A stretch of DNA of 64,000 bases, taken from the NCBI GenBank assembly GCA_002269645.1, contig NIVC01000179.1:110111-174110 (forward strand), read 5' to 3'. The notes under the pieces were generated by a model. That model ran no database searches, had not been told where the DNA came from, and was given only the letters and a program-made list of their open reading frames with translations. The translations under genes and the position numbers were made by a program. Positions 37,104 to 47,434 of this stretch are shown here, piece by piece (the first letter of the stretch is position 1; each line of letters starts with the position of its first letter). Source of the DNA: Macrostomum lignano (lineage: Eukaryota).

Positions 37104-38743
37104 AAAGAGGATGTGAACTTAAGCGCGATTTGGAAGCCGTGACTCCAGCAACCAAACCGCTGCGAACTTCTCACTATTCAGACCCAAAATAGACAAGAAA
37201 AGCGTAATTAATCTTTCTTCCACCCCGGCCGCTTCCGCATGGGATAAATGGGGAAAAATGGGGATTTCATGTGAACTTAAGGCTCTGAAATGGAAGCGGT
37301 GGCCGATTGACCCGGTTTCTCTATCGGATCTCTCTACTGGACCGACAATGAGAGTAGAATTGTTGAAAACCGCATCTCTCTATCATTTGGTCTCCCTGAA
37401 TGGGATAAATGGGGATAAATGGGGATTTCATGTGAACTTAAGGCTCTGAAATGGAAGCGGTGGCCGATTGACCCGGTTTCTCTATCGGATCCCTCTACTG
37501 GACCGACAATGAGACAAGAATCGTTGAAGACGTTGTCAGCCAAAAGTTCAGGAAAAAGATTCGAATTAAAAAACTTTTTAAACTTGGTTGGAGAACGCTG
37601 CAGCGCATCTCTCACATCTGCGAATGACTTGCAGGAGCCAATGAAGTCGATTCCTTTAAAACCGAACACCTGGTTGTCTGCTGATGTTTCTTGAGGTTCA
37701 ATTCAGTGCTGAACTGTTTACCACATCGATGGCATGCCCAGTCCATGACAAAGCTAAGTTCTCGTACATAGATTGAAAAGAGCCGCAAGAGTCGAACAGG
37801 AAATGTGCATCACCGAATTATTGCACGCATAGATTTCGAAATATAAATGGCTACTTTAGAGTCCAGCATGCTGTCTTGAGGGCTACTGACAAGCATTTTT
37901 GACATATAAAATACCTTTCTGACCAAATACTTTAACACTTTTATAATGATAATAGCAGTATTATTAACACACTTAGCGTCGGCCAAGCAAATGTACATGC
38001 AGTGCACATATGGGTGCGGGATTCAGATTGCGTAATCGATACTTAAATGCTCGTTGCCCAGCAAAAAGAAAGTTCAAGGTGTCAGGGCAATAAAAAGTGA
38101 AGAACACTCATTATAAAATGATATTGGCTAGCCAAGAATTACGTCGGCCCTCGATATAATGAGGATTTCAATATTAGGTGCATAAGATTTAGACATACGA
38201 TTACAAAGGCACAGCACCCTCGGCATCTCTGTCAGCCTATCTTGCCTACAAATGTATAATCCCATCAGTACTCAAAATATGGCCCGTAAAAAATCATAAA
38301 CGCAAGAGGGATGCGGTTTTCAACAATTCTACTCTCATTGTCGGTCCAGTAGAGAGATCCGATAGAGAAACCGGGTCAATCGGCCACCGCTTCCATTTCA
38401 GAGCCTTAAGTTCACATGAAATCCCCATTTATCCCCATTTATCCCATTCAGGGAGACCAAATGATAGAGAGATGCGGTTTTCAACAATTCTACTCTCATT
38501 GTCGGTCCAGTAGAGAGATCCGATAGAGAAACCGGGTCAATCGGCCACCGCTTCCATTTCAGAGCCTTAAGTTCACATGAAATCCCCATTTTTCCCCATT
38601 TATCCCATGCGGAAGCGGCCGGGGTGGAAGAAAGATTAATTACGCTTTTCTTGTCTATTTTGGGTCTGAATAGTGAGAAGTTCGCAGCGGTTTGGTTGCT
38701 GGACTCACGGCTTCCAAATCGCGCTTAAGTTCACATCCTCTTT
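37104..38743. mobile_element. Non-autonomous foldback-type DNA element with ~410-bp terminal inverted repeats, each containing a 161-bp internal duplication
   Basis: 37104-37513 is the near-perfect reverse complement of 38334-38743; identical short ORFs appear on opposite strands (37258+ and 38589-). No convincing TSD (possible AAG). Confidence 0.88.
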
Positions 38744-38859
38744 AAGAAAAGGGCAAGTTAAGTTGTGCATGAATATATTAATACTATTGAGACATTAATA
38801 CAGTACTCAAGCCTCAAGGATTCATATTCTGCAAGAATGCAGACAGAGCTTTTCGCCAC

Positions 38860-39420
38860 TGGCTTAACTGGTAAGAACATAATTTTCCATTCGAACAGCC
38901 AAGCTGACTTGCACGCCAATAGTGGCTGCAGCGTCAACTCCGCTACAGTCCTCGACTCCTCAACATGTTGGGTTCTACCAACAAAAATTACCCTTAAGTG
39001 GGCTCCGGTGCATGTGGGGACCCGAGGGAATGAGCTGGCCGATGCCCTTGCAAAAGTTGGCGCCTCCGGCTCCCTTCCTTGTCCCGATTCCCGGCTGCGT
39101 CATCGACTCGCGCATCAAAGCGTGGATCAGGACCCAGCACTGCTCAACTTGGGAAAACTGCACTACCAACAGGCAATCCAGAGGCGCTGTTCCCCAGCCC
39201 TCTCATCAACTCCGAAAGCTCCATTTGCGCCTCTCGCGAAGAGACATCTGGGCTGCCACCATGACCCTCTCAGGTCACGGCTGCTTCTCCAGGCACCAGT
39301 ACCTGCAGGGCAACATCACAAACGCCAGCTGTAGCTTCTGAAACTTAGGTGACGAAACTGCTGAGCATTTTTTCAGTATCTGTCCCGCCTTCACGCGAGC
39401 CAGACTTGCTTACCTCTGGC
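38860..39420 (+). mobile_element. Degenerate LINE 3' fragment (RNase H C-terminus plus CCHC knuckle; I/R1/Loa-like)
   Basis: ITLKWAPVHVGTRGNELADALAKVGA matches the RNase H motif W.PGH.G..GNE.AD.LAK. After a frameshift: TLSGHGCFSRHQY...SCSF*NLGDETAEHFFSICP, the C-x2-C...ET.EH...C motif with a stop replacing a Cys. Confidence 0.85.
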
Positions 39421-39737
39421 CACACATCATTTACTGAAGCGTCCGCATCTTCTCGCTGCGTCCCCTCCGCGCCGGGACAGCCCAGCAGCTAAGTCTAAGT
39501 CTAAAGCAAGAATGCTGAATCCACAGCTTAGTCAAGCTATCTTTGTCGAAATCACCGCAAATTTTCTGAGGAAGATCAATAGTTTGACAAATATTTACGA
39601 GTATGTTTGAAAAACGAATGAATAGAAATTTTGTCACAGAAATAAAATATGAGCAACCATTCACAGTAGTAGTAGTAGCATCGCCGTTATCTCAAAAAGG
39701 TTAATAAACAGGAGCCAATGGCTTCTAGTCAAAGTAA

Positions 39738-40096
39738 TTACTTCAATGGAAGTCTTTGGTCGCCAGGGGCTAGCGGAATTGGCTGTCCTCTACGCCTCCT
39801 CGCTGCAGCTGAGTCAAGTAAGTCAAAGAGGTAAAATATTTTTAAATCTGGGTAAATTCACCTGTCTCTGACAGTTGTGCTTCCTCATCTTGCAGCTCAG
39901 TCCACATGACACAGTAAAAATCTGTCAGTCTGTTTGGACAATACTGGCTGCCACTCTTGTAGAAGCAGCCGCTATTTAGCGCAGCCAGTCTAGTATTGTT
40001 GCGTCGGCGAACTAGTTCCTCCTGTGCATCGGCCGCGTGGCCTGACTTGGCCGCACGGAACCGGATTCTGCCGCCACCGCCGCCTCCGCGAGCCAT
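39738..40096 (-). CDS. Possible small two-exon protein (40096-39862, 39808-39738), ~101 aa, unknown
   Basis: GC-rich ATG-initiated ORF, cag|gtgaat donor and tcag acceptor of a 53-nt intron in compatible phase. No family recognised. Confidence 0.35.
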
Positions 40097-40999
40097 GTTT
40101 GATATCTTGATTTGCTTCCCAGCCTTTTATTTTTGCATGTATGCCTCACAGTGAACCGTTAGTGTACCAATTCGTCGACAAGTATTACGGAAACAGAGAC
40201 GATACGAGCCGTATTAGCGTTTGTTTCACCTCAGAGAGAATATCTTCGTGTTAATTTCTGTTTTTCTTCTCGAGTTCTTTGATTTCAGGACAGATGTTTT
40301 AGCTATGAGCACGGTGAAGGTCAGGAAAAATGATTGACACAAAGACTCTCGATTTATTCTAAATATCGGAGTAGGATCTTAGATTTCCTGCTCCAGGATT
40401 TTTCTATCCTTTTTGGCTCAGCAGTTGTCATTGGATCTAGGAAATTCAAGCAGAAACCGGACTCTTCTCGGTTCGTCCCAAGCCAGTTAGCATCTGTTAG
40501 CTGAATTTCTCTGCTGCGATACAGAGAGTGTTAAAATCGAAAGAAAGTATTCTCGGCTCGCCTTAAAACCCAAGAGCATGGGGATACTGGAAAATTTCGG
40601 TGAGATCATCAGTATCTTAATCTAGACAAATATCTCTCTAGCAGGTCACGAAATGGTAGATTGTGTCTATGGTTTTGGAGGTAGAGAATGGTAGATTGTG
40701 TCTATGGTTTTGGAGGTTGACAATGGTAGATTGTGTTTATGGTTTTGGAGGTAGAGAATGGTAGATTGTGTCTAGGGTTTTGGAGGTAGACAATGGTAAA
40801 TTCAGGGACAACTAAAACCCTCGGGACGCGAAACGAGCCAATTCATGGCAAAAAATCTAAGGGGCTCGCTTAAAAGTATTGTTCTATGGCTTTTTCAAGT
40901 CTTCTCTGCTATCAAGCAAATTAAAATTGCTTTAGCTGCGGCCAGCAGTGAAGCTAAGCTGAACTATATCAAGAGAAGCATTTTTATTCACTTGATGAA

Positions 41000-41824
41000 A
41001 TGCCAAGAAAGTGCAGCGTATTTCTGTGCTCGTCAAGTTACAACTCTGAAGCCGTTCGAACACGGACATTTGCGTTTCCCAGAAATCCACAGGAGCGAGA
41101 GCGATGGAGAAAGGCGCTGCCAAATATTCTCCAGGTAAGAAACCAGATCATTTGCTGTCATTACTGCTGCATAATTCCGCTTCAATTCTGCATGCCAGTC
41201 TCGTCCAAACAACTTGAAACCCAAAATTTATTATTTTAGAGAGTGACTGACAATATGGGCGTGTGCGTAAAGCATTGGCCAAGCGATGCTCCAATGGTCA
41301 AGAAAAACTCTACCGAAAGGCCAATTAATCCTCCTTCTGTTTTTAATGGAGTTCCTAGCTCGTGTTTTGTTCAGAACCAAGGTACGTAACTTAAAGATTG
41401 CTCAACACTTAGCGTCTATATCGATTTTGCCGCTCACAATTATCTTACTTTTATTTTTACTCTTATTTTAGACCAGGACCGACAGGCCGAAAAGCGCGGT
41501 GTTCTTTCTGACGCGAGGTGCGGCGACTTCGATGAGATGGACGCTTTTCAGCTGCTTGATTTTTTGCCGGCATGGGAAAGTTTTCGAGCTGAGGTGAAAA
41601 ATTCGGATGTCGTATCTCGACATGCACTGAACACAGCTATTCTGAACGAAGACGTTTACTTGTTTACGTTAGATAAAGATGGAGACCTGTCTGTTCGAAT
41701 TTTTGTCTCACCCAACTTTCTGATTCGTGCATTCAAACTGCATACACCGATTTCGGTTCGAGACTTGTTGGAATTAGGAGCTTTCCATTTCGGAGATGGC
41801 TTCGCTCTACTATATCGCAGGTAA
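41000..41824 (+). CDS. THAP-domain protein of the deleted P-like element (exons 41000-41134, 41240-41381, 41472-41824), ~209 aa
   Basis: MPRKCSVFLC...FAFPRNPQERERWRKALP...|RVTDNMGVCVKHW provides the C2CH THAP ligands with conserved P/W/F; the GT-AG junctions are in phase. Confidence 0.82.
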
Positions 41825-41891
41825 GCTGGATATTAATTAAAATTTAATTCACAACGAGGTTTTACACAATCTCATAAAAACAATTCAAACC

Positions 41892-42284
41892 GTGCTTTAT
41901 TGGAAATTGACAGGTTATACAGCGACTAAAGAAGGCATCAAAGGAACAGATTTGATATCAGAGACGAGCATTCCAGCCAGCGAATTCACTGAAGAGTTAT
42001 CTCGCGGAAAGCTTTGTCATCCTCCACAATGGCTGTTAGACTTATCCTGTCTCTGCTACAGCAGTTTTATTCTGCACTCTCCTACGTGCGCAACTCGCGT
42101 GCAGAAGCTGTTTTATGTTATTAAGGACTTTTACTTTCCAACTAAGACACAGTTCAGCATGGACAGTGTGTCCCGTCGGCTAGCCAACGTTTTTTTCAAA
42201 GGACTAGTAAGACGCTCGTCAAAACTCCCACCAATACCGACGACATCCCATGATAGAAAGCTTCGGAAGTTAGATGCTCAGTAG
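41892..42284 (+). pseudogene. Orphaned C-terminal fragment of P-type transposase
   Basis: Resembles the P/THAP9 C-terminal Y..GY and L.RGxL..P motifs; cannot be joined in frame to the THAP exons by the visible splice sites. Confidence 0.65.
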
Positions 42285-43002
42285 GTGAAGTTCCAGCGTT
42301 TCCTTTATGTACGAGCTACTGACTGTTTGTGCCGTCTTGTCCTTGGAGTTCCGTATTTGCTTCTATCTTCTTGCCGTTGGAGTTTCATCTTCGCTTTCAT
42401 CCTTTATCTTCTTGCCGTTGGAGTTTCATCTTCGCTTTCATCATCTTCTTGCCGTTGGAGTTATATCTTTGCTTTCATCTTTTATCTTCTTGCCGTTGGA
42501 GTTTTTTGTTGATATGGCGGTTACTTTATTGTAAATACATTGTAATTATATCACTGGTTCTTATTCTTTAAATTAAATACTCGACATTGCCTCGCTTTAC
42601 TATTTAATCTAACCGTTAATGCCTGATAGCAGAGAAGACTTGAAAAAGCCATAGAACAATACTTTTAAGCGAGCCCCTCAGATTTTTTGCCATGAATTGG
42701 CTCGTTTCGCGTCCCGAGGGTTTTAGTTGTCCCTGGGTAAATTGTGTCTATGGTTTTGGAGGTAGAGAATGGTAGATTGTGTTTATGGTTTTGGAGGTTG
42801 AGAATGGTAGATAATGTCTATGGTTTTGGAGGTTGAGAATGATAGATTATCTCTATGGTTTTAGAGGTAGAGAATGGTAGATTGTGTTTATGGTTTTGGA
42901 GTGGACAATGTTGGATTTTTTCTATGGTTTTAGGCAGACAATAATTGATTTTTCCCCACGAGTGATTGAAATTAAGCATGTGCGACAAAACGAAATGCAC
43001 AA

Positions 43003-43331
43003 CCCGTATAACAAACTTACATATCCAATAGAAAGCTTGACGTCTCCAATACGTATTTTTTAGGTCGTAGGAACGTCCCTGAGACATAACCAATTCATTT
43101 ATGATCCTTCAAGAAGCTTGACTTTATAAATAAAATTGTGAATTAATAATACGAGCTACATTGCAAATCTATTCTTTATTATTTATTCGCCATTTTTGTA
43201 GAAACAAGCTTCTTGAAGGATCATAAATGAATTAGAAACATCTCAGGGATGTTCCTACGACCTAAAAAACACCTATTGGAGACGTCAAACTTTTTTATTG
43301 CATACGTAGGCTCGTAATTTTGTTATGCGGG
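43003..43331. mobile_element. Hairpin MITE-like element (~120-bp imperfect inverted arms, ~85-bp spacer)
   Basis: ttgacgtctccaatacgtattttttaggtcgtaggaacgtccctgag...aattcatttatgatccttcaagaagcttg is mirrored at 43205-43300. Confidence 0.78.
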
Positions 43332-44289
43332 CAAGCGTATGGTCTCATGAATGTATTTATAGTAGCCTTGAATAATGATTTCGAAGCGTTGAATAATGAG
43401 CGTACAGCGTTGGAAAATGCCATTGGAGGGGCTTTTTCGCCATGTTTTTGGTGCCAGAGTTATTTTCAATTTACATTTACCTGCAGAGACATGCCATCCA
43501 TAGCTAGTATCAAAGTTGGCGCGCATGTTTTTAAAGGTATAGTAGCAATACACGGGTCCCAAGAAGAAAAAAACAGCTAAATACTCTCTTATGGCAACAC
43601 CACTATGAAAATCACCGAAGGCTAAAATTCATGAAAACGGACACAAATTCTGAGATAATATTTTCTCGCCTTCCTTGGAAAGAATTCATTGCAAAAGAAT
43701 CTAATTCGATTTGATTTGGGCTCTCAAAATTATTTGCGCCCGTCATTTTGTGTTGCTTCAATTGAGGCTGCTGTGAGAGAGACCCTACATGCAGATCGGA
43801 ATCCAGCTGAGCCCGCCGCCTCTATGCGCCCCATGGCATTTGGGCGAGAGGAGGATACAAAAAGATTTCAGAATTTTCAACGATACACTGCATTCTTATG
43901 CAGAGCATTCTCGGCTACAGGAATTTCGATACAGCCTGTCCCAAATAACACACAAAAGCTGCTATCCGAGACTGTCAGTTCGAGCCTGGTTAAGGCTACA
44001 GATAATGTAGCTAAAAATACAGCGTATCTTAACTACTGCTATGCGCGTACATCTAATTTCTGGGTTATACATTATATAATCTACTATTATTTATTACATT
44101 TTATTGCTTTTTTCTACAAAGCCTCTTAACTCATTTCCCAGTGCTGCTGGGTCGTTCGGGCTCTGTCTAAATGTGGCTCCGTCTGCATGTCTTGACGTCT
44201 TGACGTCTAACGTCTTGTAGTCTTGACGTCTACTGTGTGCCTGACGTAATATTTAAATGCTTGATAAGAATCCGTCGGCGACTCCAGCT

Positions 44290-44488
44290 GGCAGTCCACA
44301 TCATCCGCGCCGAGTCGTACTGCCCAGAGCCGGTGCAGGTGCTGCTGCTAACGCTGCAGGCACCCTACCGGCGGGGGCAGGCGCGCACTCGGCGTTTCGT
44401 CGACTGCCTGCTGGCTGACGCCGGCGCCCCGGATTCGGCCGGTGGCGTGGCGTTCATTCGCGACCTGGCCTTGAGGCGCGCCTTGTGA
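44290..44488 (+). CDS. Probable terminal exon of an unidentified gene
   Basis: GC-rich coding-like frame LAVHIIRAESYCPEPVQVLL...IRDLALRRAL* after a ccag acceptor; upstream exons not resolved. Confidence 0.4.
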
Positions 44489-44935
44489 CGCTAACTGCGT
44501 ATTCTGTTGTTGTTGTAGATAAGAGTAAATTTCTTAGCAACAGTTCTTAATTCCTAAACTATGCTAAACATCTCAAACCGACCAATGGTTTTGCTTTCTT
44601 GATAAATTTAAGACCAAGTTATGCCATGCAAACTATGCATGGCTTTGATACAAAGGTAAGATATTATAGCTACCACTTTGGTCAGGCCATTCGCTACTTT
44701 GCTATTCAAGTGGGGAGCTTAGCTACATAAGTGGCGAAAAATCAGAGCTATCTTTTATGCCTACTAAATATATTAATGTCTCACTTATCAAGCAATTGAA
44801 TATTGTATATCCTAGTTGACGTGGCAGTTGCATAGTTGTATCTCTAAGTCAAGAAGTTATTTAAGAATTCAATAATACCTATCGCTGACTTATGGTTTTT
44901 TGCTGAAGGAATCGCTATAACAAGCAGAAGTTATC

Positions 44936-47434
44936 ATGGAATCGTACCTGGAACCGCTGCGACGAGCCGCACTTGGCATCATGGATTCTGGACACCCTGT
45001 CGATGGAGGTGTGTTTCGCCTGATCAACGAAGACTCTATGTTGCAGAGGCTGTACGGAAATAGAACTATCCAGAAGGAATTAATAATATCGCATGCCCTC
45101 GATACAATTCTCTCATTCGAGAGTCTCTTTGTGGTAACAACATCTTGCATTCTGGCTATCGGTCTTCTGATCTGTATGACGGTTTTCGCCTGTTGCCGAA
45201 AACAGATTCGAGCGCCATGGACTTTGCGAAGTCATGCTTGCGGGCTATACCGAAGGACGCCACGAATTGGCCTTGCAGTGCTGCGAATTCTTGGAGCAGG
45301 CATATTAGTATTGGAGTTTATCTCACTAGCTACAGCTTTTACAACTAATATCTGGATCTATGCAGAAAGCCATCGACAAGCCGGAGACTCTGTGCATGGT
45401 AGTGTTGACAGATCGTTTCAGTTTTTGGATTCATTCTTTCAAACATTGGTGCCGAATGCTCGAATCGAGATGCGCCCAATCGTCTCACACGCTCTCGAGA
45501 AGACGGAGACTGTTCGTCGAAAGTCGCAGGCAAATTTTAGACGGGATTTCGAGAACGAAATCTCTGCCAAAGTAATGAAAGAATCCAGCTCAGAGCTATT
45601 AAAGAGTGTCCGGTTTTTTTACAACTTTGGACTACTTCATGGAAGCCAAAGAGTGGCATTGAACAAAACTCTTGAGGGAATGAAGCAAAAAACAGCAATA
45701 ATAAAATCATCAGATAAAACTTGCATTGAAGCCAAGTTTTCGCCATTATTTTGCGACAAGCACCGAGACAACGTCAATCAAGCAAACAAACTAATTAACT
45801 TAGTTCTGAAGAATTGGACTAAGCCACCAGAGATAAGCGGTGAGGCTCTAGCGGACGCTATAAGCGCAGCTATGAAAAAGCCGGAAGAATTTGCAGCCGC
45901 TTTGCGAGCAATGGATAGCAGTCCAGAACATCTTGCAGCTGATCGAGACCGCAGACTGAATCTCAGTAGGTCACTCAACAAAGAAATTAGCCGCGCATTC
46001 GATAGGGACCTGAACACGACAGCGTTTGTAATAAATGGATTCGAAAACAACCTGGTAAAACTGGAAACTCAAGTTGTTCGTCCTTCTCGACAGTCCCTTC
46101 GAAATTTATCTGGCATTATAGGGCTTGCTAGCCGGCGACTCATCACAGGATTTGAGAACGCAAGGTTTGGGATTGCTACAGTTGTTTTGGTGCCATCTAT
46201 TGTTGTCGCTGCTGTGCTGACATTTGGTTTCACGGTCGTGATTGTGACCCCTGCGCGGACTAGCCGCGTAATTCGGCGCCTACGACCTTGGCTGACGGCG
46301 GGTTACCTGACCTGCATTACTTGCCTCTTACTAGCACTGGCAGTCTTCTGCTTAACCAACTACGCTCGAACTCAGGGCTGTCGGTACTTTGAGATCGGCG
46401 AAAAATGGGATGAGGTGTTTGGAAACTCCTCAGCAGACGCCTATTTGGTTCCAGAAGTGAACAAGGTACTTAGACACGTGCGCAGTCGCCGGATACCTGT
46501 CACTGCCATTGGGAGTGTAATCGGAGGCATCAGCAACGGTTGTCGCGCCAACAAACCCCTTCTGCTAGCTCTGGATGCTATCCAGTACATTAATGTTGAT
46601 TTGGCCAGCCAAGAAAGTGCAGAAAAGGCACAGAGATTTAAGGAAAGTGGAACAAAAATCCTGCGACGGGAACTAGATCGCGCTAATATAACCAGACTTT
46701 ACGACAGCAGTCAGAGAGGAAAGCTTGAAAAGTTAGCCAAATTGACTCAGAACTATTCGAGTGTTAACTATGAGAGAGTCTCACAGGACATTCGGTATCA
46801 GCTTCTGGAGGCTGTGAAGCCGGCAGCAGAACGGCTGCTTTCTGTGCAAACTGACGAGGCTCTTATACTCAACGGCCTGAATAAGAGTACAGATCGAAAA
46901 TTCATTGAGAGCAATCTGTATAGAATCAGGCTGAATATCGGATTACTACACGACCTAAAGAATTTAAGTCTCAACTACGCTAATATGCTTACTCAGCTAG
47001 ATAAGCACAAAATGATTGCGTCTATAGCTACGAGACTAATTTCAGCAACTAGCAAGTTTAAAACTTTCTCTCAAAACAAGAACCTATGGATCGAGACAGC
47101 AATCAAGCATTATATTAAAAGTGTTGTTAATGATACCACCGATGACTCTCTGACAATTGCCAGAGAGTCGGCAACCGAATTTCTAGCTAAAATCGGCAGT
47201 TGCCGGCGCCTGTTTGACTTCTATTGGACGTTTGTCGGAGTGCCCTGCCGCTCGCTGCTGAATCCTCTCAGTGTTCTGTGGCTGTGCCTGGCCGTTCATC
47301 TCTGCTGCGCGGTGCCTCTGCTGGTGTGTGGCAGCCTCGTCAGCGTCAGTGTCAGAGACGAATTCGAGCTGTTTGACCATAAGGCTGACCATGCTGGTCC
47401 TGTGATGACTAACTATTCTGACCATACTAACTAA
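44936..47434 (+). CDS. Prominin-like five-transmembrane protein, 832 aa in one uninterrupted ORF
   Basis: Five hydrophobic segments in 1-2 / large loop / 3-4 / large loop / 5 topology, a Cys cluster after TM1 (FACCRK), a Cys after TM4 (QGCRY), and the prominin-type C..L...Y......C..L..P....W pattern before TM5. Confidence 0.82.
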   Translation: MESYLEPLRRAALGIMDSGHPVDGGVFRLINEDSMLQRLYGNRTIQKELIISHALDTILSFESLFVVTTSCILAIGLLICMTVFACCRKQIRAPWTLRSHACGLYRRTPRIGLAVLRILGAGILVLEFISLATAFTTNIWIYAESHRQAGDSVHGSVDRSFQFLDSFFQTLVPNARIEMRPIVSHALEKTETVRRKSQANFRRDFENEISAKVMKESSSELLKSVRFFYNFGLLHGSQRVALNKTLEGMKQKTAIIKSSDKTCIEAKFSPLFCDKHRDNVNQANKLINLVLKNWTKPPEISGEALADAISAAMKKPEEFAAALRAMDSSPEHLAADRDRRLNLSRSLNKEISRAFDRDLNTTAFVINGFENNLVKLETQVVRPSRQSLRNLSGIIGLASRRLITGFENARFGIATVVLVPSIVVAAVLTFGFTVVIVTPARTSRVIRRLRPWLTAGYLTCITCLLLALAVFCLTNYARTQGCRYFEIGEKWDEVFGNSSADAYLVPEVNKVLRHVRSRRIPVTAIGSVIGGISNGCRANKPLLLALDAIQYINVDLASQESAEKAQRFKESGTKILRRELDRANITRLYDSSQRGKLEKLAKLTQNYSSVNYERVSQDIRYQLLEAVKPAAERLLSVQTDEALILNGLNKSTDRKFIESNLYRIRLNIGLLHDLKNLSLNYANMLTQLDKHKMIASIATRLISATSKFKTFSQNKNLWIETAIKHYIKSVVNDTTDDSLTIARESATEFLAKIGSCRRLFDFYWTFVGVPCRSLLNPLSVLWLCLAVHLCCAVPLLVCGSLVSVSVRDEFELFDHKADHAGPVMTNYSDHTN

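Larger units (their letters stand above)
40803..42735 (+). mobile_element. Internally deleted P-superfamily (THAP) DNA transposon with ~113-bp TIRs and 8-bp TSD GGTAAATT
   Basis: TIRs cagggacaactaaaaccctcggg...ctctgctatca with one mismatch; ggtaaatt at 40795-40802 and 42736-42743. Spliced THAP domain and a transposase C-terminal remnant (LYWKLTGY...EELSRGKLCHP) are present; no catalytic core. Confidence 0.92.
40652..42915. repeat. 35-bp minisatellite (AATGGTAGATTGTGTCTATGGTTTTGGAGGTAGAG) split by the P-like element (40652-40802 and 42736-42915)
   Basis: The same unit occurs on both sides of the transposon, and the TSD is part of one unit. Confidence 0.9.
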
